In this document: one piece after another, positions 38,475-47,477 of the stretch
How the letters are laid out: each line of letters begins with the position of its first letter
Position numbering within the stretch: position 1 is the first letter of the stretch
IMG/VR virus record: IMGVR_UViG_3300043446_002337
Span: 1 to 64,000 of that record
Origin: a virus
Strand: one strand, 5' to 3'
DNA length: 64,000 bases
Notes under the pieces: generated by a model
Database searches by the model: none
What the model saw: only the letters and a program-made list of their open reading frames with translations
What the model was told of the DNA's origin: nothing
Made by a program: the position numbers and the translations under genes

Positions 38475-40538
38475 ATGGCAACAACACGGCTTACTGGTGT
38501 ACTAATTAGAAGTGGAAGTATTCCAACTACTGCATTAAGTGGTGGAGTTGTTTCCAGTTCTGCCCAAATTACCAACCTCCTACCTACGGGAACGGTTAGT
38601 AGTTCAACACAGTTTAAAACTACATCAGACCCATTTACTGGGTCATTCTTTGGTACCGCGAGTTATGCTACTACTGCAAACTTTGCATTAACTCCAGCAG
38701 GTACATCGGGCACGGCGGGGTCATCAGGTACTAGTGGTTCTTCAGGTACAGCAGGAAGTTCTGGTACTACAGGAACATCTGGTAGCTCTGGTACCACAGG
38801 AACCAGCGGGTCATCAGGAACATCTGGTTCCAGTGGAAGTACAGGAACATCAGGTAGTTCAGGAAGTACAGGAACTTCTGGTAGTTCAGGTACCGTTGGT
38901 AGTTCTGGTACCAGTGGGTCATCGGGAAGTACCGGAACTTCAGGTAGTTCAGGAAGTACAGGAACTTCTGGTTCAGCAGGAACTTCTGGTAGTAGTGGTA
39001 CAGGTGGTTCAGCAGGAACCGCCGGCTCAAGTGGAACGGCTGGTTCTTCTGGAACGTCTGGTACTCTCACACTCACGGGTACTACTGATAACGGACTAAT
39101 CACACTAAACGGAACCGCACCAAACGCTTCTGTTGAAAGTAATTTAACATTTGACGGTTCAACACTAACCGTAGTAGGTAGTAGTGTAGTATCTGGGTCA
39201 CAAACGATTACAGGTAATTTGACAGTATTAGGTTCATCGTCTATCAGTTATGTATCTCAAAGTACACTGAATGTTGCAAGTAACCTCATTACAGTTAACA
39301 ATAATACTCCAAGTGTTCGTCTTGGTGGGTTGGCAGTAATTGATTCAGGTTCATCACCATACCGTAGTGGGTCACTACTCTTTGATTCTACGAACGACCA
39401 ATGGATATTCGTCCACCAAGATGCAGGAAATGGTATAACCTCTTCTGTATTGGTAATGGGGCCACCAACCTTTAATAATGTTGGGAATGAAACACTATTA
39501 ACACAAAATAAATTAATTAAAGCTAATGGATTTGAACACGTAACCGACTCTATTATTACTGATAATGGGTCACAGATTCAAGTTCAAGGTACAGTATCCG
39601 CATCATCCTTTACTAGTTCAATATCAAATGGAGTTGGATTCTTCGGTACCGCTTCATACGCCTTGACTCCTGCGGGAACAGCGGGGTCAAGTGGTACTTC
39701 GGGTACTACTGGAAGTTCTGGTACCGCTGGGTCAAGTGGGTCAACAGGAACATCGGGTTCCTCTGGTAGTACAGGAACGTCAGGTTCCTCGGGAACCTCT
39801 GGTTCCGCAGGCACCTCAGGTAGTTCTGGCTCTACAGGTACCTCGGGTAGTTCAGGAACTACCGGTACATCGGGTTCGTCGGGTACCACAGGATCATCTG
39901 GTAGTACAGGAACTTCTGGTAGTTCAGGTACCACGGGTTCCTCAGGAAGTACAGGTACCTCTGGTTCATCTGGTACAACTGGCAGTTCAGGAACCGCAGG
40001 TAGTGCAGGTACGTCTGGTGCAGGTACCATTAGTGGTGGTGCAGCGAACAGAGTAGCATACTTCTCTGGGGCAACAACTCTCACCAGTAATGCAAACTTT
40101 ACTTATGACGGGACAACACTCCTTGTAACTTCTAGTCTAGGGGTTAGTTCGTCACTTGGGGTAGGTACCGCACCATCAGGCGTTGTTGGTGAAATCCGTG
40201 CGACAAACGAAATTACAGCATACTACGCATCCGATGCTCGTCTAAAGGAAAATGTAGAAGTTATTAAAAATTCACTAGATAGAATTTGTCAGCTTCGCGG
40301 TGTTGAATTTGACTGGACAGCCGATTATATTAAGTATCGTGGTGGTGAAGATGGTTATTTCGTACGCAAACATCAATACGGAGTAATTGCGCAAGAAGTT
40401 GCAGAAGTGTTCCCAGACTTGGTAAATACAAGACCAAATGGACAACTGGTAGTGGATTATCAACACTTCAGTGCTGTCTTAATTGAGGCAATTAAGGAAC
40501 TAAAAGCACAAATTGATGAATTAAAAAATAAAGGTTAG
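38475..40538 (+). CDS. Tail fibre with Gly-X-Y tracts and a C-terminal intramolecular chaperone (peptidase S74)
   Basis: ASDARLKENV cleavage motif, LRGVEFDW, GVIAQEV and VDY...LIEAIKEL; tracts at about 38700-39062 and 39675-40025. Confidence 0.85.
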   Translation: MATTRLTGVLIRSGSIPTTALSGGVVSSSAQITNLLPTGTVSSSTQFKTTSDPFTGSFFGTASYATTANFALTPAGTSGTAGSSGTSGSSGTAGSSGTTGTSGSSGTTGTSGSSGTSGSSGSTGTSGSSGSTGTSGSSGTVGSSGTSGSSGSTGTSGSSGSTGTSGSAGTSGSSGTGGSAGTAGSSGTAGSSGTSGTLTLTGTTDNGLITLNGTAPNASVESNLTFDGSTLTVVGSSVVSGSQTITGNLTVLGSSSISYVSQSTLNVASNLITVNNNTPSVRLGGLAVIDSGSSPYRSGSLLFDSTNDQWIFVHQDAGNGITSSVLVMGPPTFNNVGNETLLTQNKLIKANGFEHVTDSIITDNGSQIQVQGTVSASSFTSSISNGVGFFGTASYALTPAGTAGSSGTSGTTGSSGTAGSSGSTGTSGSSGSTGTSGSSGTSGSAGTSGSSGSTGTSGSSGTTGTSGSSGTTGSSGSTGTSGSSGTTGSSGSTGTSGSSGTTGSSGTAGSAGTSGAGTISGGAANRVAYFSGATTLTSNANFTYDGTTLLVTSSLGVSSSLGVGTAPSGVVGEIRATNEITAYYASDARLKENVEVIKNSLDRICQLRGVEFDWTADYIKYRGGEDGYFVRKHQYGVIAQEVAEVFPDLVNTRPNGQLVVDYQHFSAVLIEAIKELKAQIDELKNKG

Positions 40539-40550
40539 TAGGTACACGCC

Positions 40551-40727
40551 ATGGGAATAATACCAGCAACCGGGTCGGAAATAGCAATGGGACGGGTAAG
40601 AAACGCATACGGATTGGTCGGAGCCGCCAGATTACGTGCAGATTTAGGTGCACAAATTGGTAAAACGACAGGTGCAGTTCGTTTATCTATCGATTTTGGT
40701 GGAAGAACAACACCAAATATATATTAA
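40551..40727 (+). CDS. Small fibre-associated protein (58 aa), absent from the ORF track
   Basis: MGIIPATGSEIAMGRVRNAYG...VRLSIDFGGRTTPNIY; resembles small P-(S/T)G-I-M proteins found after S74-chaperoned fibres; fills the gap cleanly. Confidence 0.7.
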   Translation: MGIIPATGSEIAMGRVRNAYGLVGAARLRADLGAQIGKTTGAVRLSIDFGGRTTPNIY

Positions 40728-40736
40728 TATAGGGAC

Positions 40737-40765
40737 TTGACAAAAATTATAGTCTAATATATATT
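40737..40765 (+). promoter_or_regulatory. Sigma70-type promoter TTGACA-N17-TATATT
   Basis: Perfect -35 at 40737-40742, a 17-nt spacer, and -10 TATATT at 40760-40765, upstream of 40799. Confidence 0.65.
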
Positions 40766-40798
40766 TAAAAATGGTTATAAACTAAGAGGTTATATTTT

Positions 40799-41257
40799 AT
40801 GAGTGAAATAACATTTGAAACATTATTGGCAGCAGTAAATACTAACCCATCGGACTACGAAGAAAGGTATGTCCGATGGGTTTCTATTGGTTATGACAAA
40901 AAAGTTCTTTGTGAATTATTGTATGAATTACAATATCTGAAGGAAAAGAATGAATGGCCAGAACGTATTACATTTCTAGAAACCGTATTGGCTCAGCACA
41001 GTCCACAACATTTATTGAATTTATTAAATAACGAACCACAAACCGCACGATTTGCAATGATTGAAAAATGGGCAAGACATGCGGCGATGGAAATACTCAT
41101 ATTTGATAAATACAGTATTGAAACGTTGAATACGGTGACGCAGTTTCCTCTAGCGGATTATCAACTGTTTGTAAAACGAGTATACGAAATAACAGCTATG
41201 ATTCGTGATATTACCACACAAGCATCGGCTCTTGCCTCTGGGGTCGCTGGACTATGA
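40799..41257 (+). CDS. Hypothetical protein (152 aa)
   Basis: AGAGG SD; first gene after the sigma70-like promoter; no motif recognised. Confidence 0.6.
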   Translation: MSEITFETLLAAVNTNPSDYEERYVRWVSIGYDKKVLCELLYELQYLKEKNEWPERITFLETVLAQHSPQHLLNLLNNEPQTARFAMIEKWARHAAMEILIFDKYSIETLNTVTQFPLADYQLFVKRVYEITAMIRDITTQASALASGVAGL

Positions 41258-41949
41258 AAAATATCTATGATTTGAGTATTTGGCAAACTAGACCAACTAA
41301 ATTAGCAATCCTTATTCCTTGTAGAGAATCAGTATATAGTTTATTTACTGCTTCATTGGTTGAATTGGTAAAAACTACGACAATGGCAGGAATTGATGTA
41401 CACGTAGTATATGACCAAAGTACTATATTATTAACTCAACGGGAACGATTGGCACAACAAGCATTAGCTATGAAAGCCGATTACGCACTATGGCTCGACT
41501 CAGATATGATGTTCCCAAGCACTACTGCAATGCGGTTGATGGGACATAATGTAGACATCGTATGTTCCAATTATATGAAACGGTCAGTTCCACTCCAAAC
41601 GGTCGCATATCCAGAACGTGGTAATTGGGAAAATTGGTTACCATTGGAAGCAGACCAAGAACTTCAAGAAGTGGAAGGTGTGGGTATGGGGTGTATGTTG
41701 ATGAAAACAGAAGTATTAAATAAAATTGTCCCACCGTATTTTGCGTTTGAATATAAAGATAAAGAATGGCACGGTGAAGATTTCTTCTTCCAAAATAAAT
41801 TACGAAACGCTGGATATAAAATACTGATTGATATGAATCTTAGTTTCCAAGTTCGTCACGTTGGACAGTGGGCGTTTGGTCCAAGTATTGGAACAAACGA
41901 AGAACAAAGAATTAAGAGACATACAAAAAAGGTAAAGAAAAATGGTTAA
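41254..41949 (+). CDS. GT-A fold (GT2-like) glycosyltransferase
   Basis: LAILIP, LWLDSDMMF (DxD), GVGMGCMLMK, GEDFFF and RHVG. Confidence 0.8.
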   Translation: MKNIYDLSIWQTRPTKLAILIPCRESVYSLFTASLVELVKTTTMAGIDVHVVYDQSTILLTQRERLAQQALAMKADYALWLDSDMMFPSTTAMRLMGHNVDIVCSNYMKRSVPLQTVAYPERGNWENWLPLEADQELQEVEGVGMGCMLMKTEVLNKIVPPYFAFEYKDKEWHGEDFFFQNKLRNAGYKILIDMNLSFQVRHVGQWAFGPSIGTNEEQRIKRHTKKVKKNG

Positions 41950-43063
41950 TAATGAAACGTGGTTGGCACATAGTGATTTATTTAAGAAATATTGGGTTGT
42001 AGAAACTCGTCCGTGGGTCCGAAGTCTTGGGTGGTTTACCGATTATATGGAAACAGTCAAAGACGCTGATGGATGGGCACAGGCAGGTGAAAAAGAACTA
42101 AGTGTATTTGATTACGTACAGATTGTTGATACACCGTTAGCAGAAAAGAAACTGTATCGGTGTGTGAACGGAGTTACGTGGGAACATATTACCGGACCTG
42201 TACTTTTTGTCGTTCGTAAGGATGCAGAGCAAGTATTCATTGCAGGGTGGGCAGGAGAAAGGAAGATAATTGAAAAGATGAAGAAGGAAAGTGATGACCC
42301 TTGGAAATGGTCAGAAAAGATGATTGTGGAAGTGAATCCAGAATCCGCCGTCAGAACTGTATCTGTTATTCGTAAACCAAGAGCAACAGACATTCCTGTA
42401 TTCTTCATCAGTAATGGTGAGGCAAATGCAGATAAGAATTGGTCACATCTAACAAACCTGTATTCAAAGGCGATTCGTATCGATGGTATTGATGGACGAA
42501 GAAAGGCGTTCCATCGGTGTGTGGACTTAGCCGGAGAAGCTCGCCAATTCTTTGTAATCACAGGAAAAAACTATCTCACAGATGTGACGGCGTTTAACTA
42601 TCCTGTACATGCTATTCCTGATGCACACGTAGTGTTTCAAGCAAAAAATATGAGTAACCGATTAGAATACGGTCATATGGGTATCGTATGTTATAATACC
42701 AATCTTGTACTGAATACTCCTGCGAACTTCGGATTAGATTTCACACAATATAGTAAAACGGTATCTATCCCACTTACAGTAAGTGAAGCACACTTTGCAA
42801 CTTCACCGTATGAAGCATGGAGAACTGCGTTCCGTGAAACGGTGAAGTTAACATTACAATATTCCACCGATGCACATCTCTGGTTACAACGATGGTTGGC
42901 GTTTGCAGAAGGTGAGAATGCTGAATGGGTACTGAAGGGTGCGAAAGACGGTCACGAATACGCACAACAACACGAAAAGAATCCAGAAGCACTTCGTAAT
43001 ACGGTTGATTGGCACTGGTTAGAACAACACTTTGAAGAAATGTACGGTGAGGGTAAACTATGA
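41942..43063 (+). CDS. Protein with a C-terminal GT-A-like phage domain
   Basis: VFFISNGEANADKNW...RIDGIDG...NRLEYGHMG...AWRTAFRETVKL; the expected DxD position reads TGKN. Confidence 0.5.
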   Translation: MVNNETWLAHSDLFKKYWVVETRPWVRSLGWFTDYMETVKDADGWAQAGEKELSVFDYVQIVDTPLAEKKLYRCVNGVTWEHITGPVLFVVRKDAEQVFIAGWAGERKIIEKMKKESDDPWKWSEKMIVEVNPESAVRTVSVIRKPRATDIPVFFISNGEANADKNWSHLTNLYSKAIRIDGIDGRRKAFHRCVDLAGEARQFFVITGKNYLTDVTAFNYPVHAIPDAHVVFQAKNMSNRLEYGHMGIVCYNTNLVLNTPANFGLDFTQYSKTVSIPLTVSEAHFATSPYEAWRTAFRETVKLTLQYSTDAHLWLQRWLAFAEGENAEWVLKGAKDGHEYAQQHEKNPEALRNTVDWHWLEQHFEEMYGEGKL

Positions 43064-43170
43064 AATTATTAGATAAAATAGTAGATGTACTGTTACTCTA
43101 CTTGACAAAGTATAAGACAAAAAGAAAGTTACAAGAACTTAAGAAACGTGACCCATTTATTTACCACTAA
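43060..43170 (+). CDS. Small protein (36 aa) ending KKRDPFIYH, absent from the ORF track
   Basis: ATGA overlap with the upstream stop; MKLLDKIVDVLLLYLTKYKTKRKLQELKKRDPFIYH; ends 6 nt before the next ATG. Confidence 0.65.
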   Translation: MKLLDKIVDVLLLYLTKYKTKRKLQELKKRDPFIYH

Positions 43171-43176
43171 AATAAT

Positions 43177-43803
43177 ATGACTACCATATCAGATACTATT
43201 CAAATAAATTCATCTAGAATAATAGCATGGATGAATGTACTACGTGACGAAAAGCAAGAAACACAACATAGACTACTAGAAAATTTTTGGGACAGTCAAA
43301 TTAGAAGTAAGGCGTGGTTAATAAATGCAGTTCAACATTATTTTCCAAATACACGCGGAAGAATCTATATTTTAGGTGGTTGGTATGGATTGATGGCACA
43401 ACTAATGGTTGATAATTTTCCAAATATTAATCGTGTATACAGTATTGATAATGACCCAAAATGTATAGAATATGGAAAATCATTATCAAACGGTGATTCT
43501 AAAATAATGTTTTTAGCGAGAGGAATGGAAACATTTGACAGTTATGTAAATCCGCAGTTAATAATAAACACAAGTACAGAACATATTACGGAAGAATCAT
43601 ATACGTCATGGTGGTCAGTAATACCAGCAGGTACTCCAATAGTACTACAAGGTAATAATTTGTTTGACTGTGCAGAACACATTCGTTGTAACAAAAGTTT
43701 GGATGAGTTTAATAAAAATAATCCGATAGATGATATCATATTTACCGGCCAATTAAGTTGCGGACACTTTGACAGATATATGACACTAGGATACAAGCGA
43801 TGA
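43177..43803 (+). CDS. Class I SAM-dependent methyltransferase-like protein
   Basis: IYILGGWYG (motif I), SIDND (motif II), IINTSTEH and LQGNN. Confidence 0.7.
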   Translation: MTTISDTIQINSSRIIAWMNVLRDEKQETQHRLLENFWDSQIRSKAWLINAVQHYFPNTRGRIYILGGWYGLMAQLMVDNFPNINRVYSIDNDPKCIEYGKSLSNGDSKIMFLARGMETFDSYVNPQLIINTSTEHITEESYTSWWSVIPAGTPIVLQGNNLFDCAEHIRCNKSLDEFNKNNPIDDIIFTGQLSCGHFDRYMTLGYKR

Positions 43804-45248
43804 TTAAAGACCATTATATAAATGCTAAAAGAAAATTGGATGTCATAAGTCCTACATTGTGTATGGCTAAATGGCACCAAGTAACACTACATTTAGGAAC
43901 TGGAACGAATCACAGTTGTCACCATCCTATGCCACATCATATTCCAGTAGAAGAACTGAAAAATAATCCATCGGCTATTCATAATACACAATTTAAGAAA
44001 GAACAACGAAAATTAATGTTGGACGGTAAACGTCCGTCTGAATGTGATTATTGTTGGAGAGTTGAAGATGCACAGAACGAAAAAATAAGAGAAGGTCAGT
44101 CGGATATATTCAGTGATAGAATAACAAAAAGTAGTGAACCATGGGCAATGGATAAGATTAGCACCATAGCAAAAATGCCATGGGATTCTAATATAAATCC
44201 ATCCTATATAGAAGTAGACTTTGATACTACATGCAATTTTAAATGTATGTACTGTTCACCGTCATATTCTACCACATGGATGCAGGAAATTAAACAACAT
44301 GGTCCGTATAATCTGCCTGGTTTCTCATTTAATAGTGTTGACCACTTAAAGACGGGCACAGGATTACCAATTCTTCAAAACGAAGAAAACCCATATATTG
44401 ATGCATTCTGGAAATGGTGGCCCGATGCAGTACATGATTTACATACATTTAGAATTACTGGTGGGGAGCCTCTCTTAAGTAAACATACTTTTAAGATGTT
44501 AGATTATTTGATTGATAATCCGCAACCACAATTAGAATTTAGTGTTAATTCTAACTTGGGAGCACCAAAAGAAATTATTGATAAATTTATTGAAAAGATG
44601 TGTATTATCGCAGATAATAAAAGTGTTAAGAATTTTAAGTTGTTTACCAGTAATGAGGCACATGGTAAAAAAGCAGAGTATATCCGATTCGGATTAAATT
44701 ATAATGAATGGTTTAATAACGTGGACAGAGTACTTGCAGAAATACCAGACAGTCGTGTAACAATTATGAGTACGTACAACATCCTTTCAGTAACATCATA
44801 TACAGACTTCTTAAAGGATATGTTAGCACTTAAGTTAGAGTACAGTCACCCAGACCATAGACAATTACCATTATCGGTAGATATTCCCTATTTACGTCAC
44901 CCACAATTTTTAGCGGCATGGGTGTTAACAGAAAACTTCCTACATGAATATGTACGAGATACAGTTACTTTCATGTATAAAAACCAAGAATATTCTGGTT
45001 GGTATCCACTAGCAACAAAGGGGTTCTATGATTACGAAATTCATCGTATGGAACGTTTATACTATACGTTGTTACACTCACTAGGAGTGAACAAACCAGA
45101 AAATATTCAGGGACGAATTAATTTTTACAATTATATTATGGAATATGACCGTAGAAGAGGAACAGATTTTAAGAGTACATTCCCAGAATTAGAAGGATTC
45201 TTTATGTTCTGTAGAGACACGGCAGAAAAAACAAAACTTAATGTTTAA
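43800..45248 (+). CDS. Radical SAM protein with an N-terminal twitch-like auxiliary cluster domain
   Basis: CNFKCMYC (CxxxCxxC) and TGGEPLL; N-terminal CMAKW...SCHH...ECDYCW. Confidence 0.88.
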   Translation: MIKDHYINAKRKLDVISPTLCMAKWHQVTLHLGTGTNHSCHHPMPHHIPVEELKNNPSAIHNTQFKKEQRKLMLDGKRPSECDYCWRVEDAQNEKIREGQSDIFSDRITKSSEPWAMDKISTIAKMPWDSNINPSYIEVDFDTTCNFKCMYCSPSYSTTWMQEIKQHGPYNLPGFSFNSVDHLKTGTGLPILQNEENPYIDAFWKWWPDAVHDLHTFRITGGEPLLSKHTFKMLDYLIDNPQPQLEFSVNSNLGAPKEIIDKFIEKMCIIADNKSVKNFKLFTSNEAHGKKAEYIRFGLNYNEWFNNVDRVLAEIPDSRVTIMSTYNILSVTSYTDFLKDMLALKLEYSHPDHRQLPLSVDIPYLRHPQFLAAWVLTENFLHEYVRDTVTFMYKNQEYSGWYPLATKGFYDYEIHRMERLYYTLLHSLGVNKPENIQGRINFYNYIMEYDRRRGTDFKSTFPELEGFFMFCRDTAEKTKLNV

Positions 45249-45250
45249 TT

Positions 45251-46699
45251 ATGGACCACCCACACTTAATAGATTGGCGAGAAAAACATTTAAATAGTAT
45301 TGGTCGTGGATTTTGTGCTGCGAAGTGGTTTAACGCCAGTATTTACTTGGGGCATGGATTTAACGGTTCATGTCACCTTCCGCTACCACATCCTATTGAC
45401 GTAGAGGAAATAAAAACAAATCCATCCGCGATACATAACACTGCCCATAAAAAAGAAGTTAGAAAAATGATGTTAAGTGGGACTAGACCAGCAGAGTGTT
45501 CCTACTGTTGGAAGATAGAAGATATTGGTAGAAACAATATTTCTGACCGTGTATTTAAAAGTATGATTTATGACGGTGGTGAGATTGCCTCGTTGAAAAA
45601 CCTATCGGGTGATGAAGATGTACTGTTAAAAACAGTAGAAATTAGTTTTGACAGAACTTGTAATTTTGCTTGTAGTTATTGTAATGCCGGATATAGTACA
45701 ACTTGGGCAAAAGAAATTAATACATTTGGTCCATACCAGCGTTTAATATCAGATAGTAAAGGAGCCTATCAATCCGATGGCTCTTGGGCAGAACCTTACG
45801 GCAAACACTCAGAGGACAATCCGTATGTCAAAGCGTTCCTAGAGTGGTGGCCTGAATTGTCTAAGAGTCTAATAGAAGTTAGAGTTACGGGGGGAGAACC
45901 GTTACTTAGCCATAACTTTTGGAAGTTTGTAGAAACCGTAAAGCAATATGATTCTACTAATATGCGGTTTGCGATTAATTCAAACATGGGAATGGAACGC
46001 GACGTATTAGATAAATTGGTAAGACTAACACACGAACTTCCTGTCAAAGAATTTTTTCTTTTTACTAGTAACGAAGCATATGGAAATCAAGCAGAATATA
46101 TTCGTGACGGACTAGACTATCAAAAGTGGAAAAATAATTTAATCTATTTTATAGAAAATGCTAGTAGTAAGGCAAGTGTAGTAACAATAATGATGACAAT
46201 TAATAGTTTGTGTCTGTTCAGTATTACAGATTTTCTTCAAGATATGATGGAACTAAAGAAAAAATATGGACACGTAAAACCTCATCTTGACTTTAATATT
46301 TTACGTTGGCCTGGATTTATGAGTCCGTTGGCGCTACCAGACCATCTAAAAAAGACAGTAAGAGATAATTTAGTGTCGTGGTATAGTAACTATAGATACA
46401 CCAGTGATTTGTTGGACAGTGGGGAGAAAAGTCAAATAGATAGATTAATTGATTACATTGAAGTTGTAGAAAAAGGACATAATTTCGTATCAGATGATAA
46501 ACAATATTTACATCACGATTTTAAAAGTTTTTATACACAATATGATTTTAGAAGAAGAAAAGATTTTAAAACCACATTTCCGCAATCTCTTGTTGATTGG
46601 TATAATACAATAGAAGTTCGTCGTGATTTGCCAATCGTGGATACTTTATGGGATGGTGCCATAACTCATTATGAAAGAGGGGAATATGACGCAAAATAA
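45251..46699 (+). CDS. Radical SAM protein, tandem paralogue of 43800
   Basis: CNFACSYC and TGGEPLL; CAAKW...SCHL...ECSYCW; shared SNEA(H/Y)G-AEYIR-GL-Y. Confidence 0.88.
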   Translation: MDHPHLIDWREKHLNSIGRGFCAAKWFNASIYLGHGFNGSCHLPLPHPIDVEEIKTNPSAIHNTAHKKEVRKMMLSGTRPAECSYCWKIEDIGRNNISDRVFKSMIYDGGEIASLKNLSGDEDVLLKTVEISFDRTCNFACSYCNAGYSTTWAKEINTFGPYQRLISDSKGAYQSDGSWAEPYGKHSEDNPYVKAFLEWWPELSKSLIEVRVTGGEPLLSHNFWKFVETVKQYDSTNMRFAINSNMGMERDVLDKLVRLTHELPVKEFFLFTSNEAYGNQAEYIRDGLDYQKWKNNLIYFIENASSKASVVTIMMTINSLCLFSITDFLQDMMELKKKYGHVKPHLDFNILRWPGFMSPLALPDHLKKTVRDNLVSWYSNYRYTSDLLDSGEKSQIDRLIDYIEVVEKGHNFVSDDKQYLHHDFKSFYTQYDFRRRKDFKTTFPQSLVDWYNTIEVRRDLPIVDTLWDGAITHYERGEYDAK

Positions 46700-47477
46700 A
46701 AGATGTTTTGCATTTGGTTGTAGTTACACTAAATATAGATGGCCTACCTGGGCAGATGTTATAGGCGAAAATTTTCATTTTTATAAAAACTATGGTCGTG
46801 GTGGGGCATCTAACCTTTACATACTACAAAAATTTATTCAAGCTAACGACTTGTATAAATTTACGAAAGATGATGTTATACTTGTAATGTTAACTGGGTT
46901 TGGACGTTTTACTTATTATGAAAATAACGCCTTACATACTCATGGAGAAATTAGAAGTTGGTACCACAGTACACAAAATCCGTCGATGGGTAAGTTTTTA
47001 GATAGTGGAATATGGACAGAAGATTTAGGTGCAACAAACTCATATATAGCCGCTAAGACTATAAAAGAATTATTAACTCATATAGGATGTGAGTATAAAA
47101 TTCATTTAGCGATAGATAACTCACATTTCATAAAACACCCATCCAGATTTTTACAAACAGAAATAGCTTTACATTTTGCTGAGAAGTTTTATAGTGTCTT
47201 AGACATTACTTGGTCAATGGATGAGTGGATGAAACAACGATATAATGATGATGATTATTATAAATTTGATGATGAACCACACGACCATCATCCAACAATT
47301 GATATGGCAGAAAATTATGTTATGGAGTATTTTCCAAAATATTATACGGAAACGTCCAAACAGTTTATAAACACAGAGAAAAATCAAATTATATGGGCAA
47401 GTCATTCAAAGCAAGGACACGTATACTCTGAAAGACAGTTGGAGCGATGGGGTAAAGATGAGGTACAGGTATGGTAA
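46686..47477 (+). CDS. SGNH/GDSL-fold protein (esterase or O-acyltransferase)
   Basis: AFGCSYT block I, NYGRGGASN block II, DHHP block V; ATG at 46686 follows GAGGGG. Confidence 0.7.
   Translation: MTQNKRCFAFGCSYTKYRWPTWADVIGENFHFYKNYGRGGASNLYILQKFIQANDLYKFTKDDVILVMLTGFGRFTYYENNALHTHGEIRSWYHSTQNPSMGKFLDSGIWTEDLGATNSYIAAKTIKELLTHIGCEYKIHLAIDNSHFIKHPSRFLQTEIALHFAEKFYSVLDITWSMDEWMKQRYNDDDYYKFDDEPHDHHPTIDMAENYVMEYFPKYYTETSKQFINTEKNQIIWASHSKQGHVYSERQLERWGKDEVQVW

Noticed and set aside
28769-40025. The repetitive tracts as a CRISPR array or DGR template/variable repeats
   Set aside because: They are in-frame 9-nt coding periodicity with synonymous variation. There is no constant repeat-spacer structure, no cas or reverse transcriptase gene and no adenine-specific mismatch pattern.
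28735-40084. Long minus-strand and alternate-frame ORFs (PEVPEEP..., VLLVLQE...) over the fibre genes, up to 316 aa
   Set aside because: These are shadows of the Gly-Ser-Thr codon repeats, which lack stops in other frames. They have no SD, are low complexity and are fully nested in the real genes.
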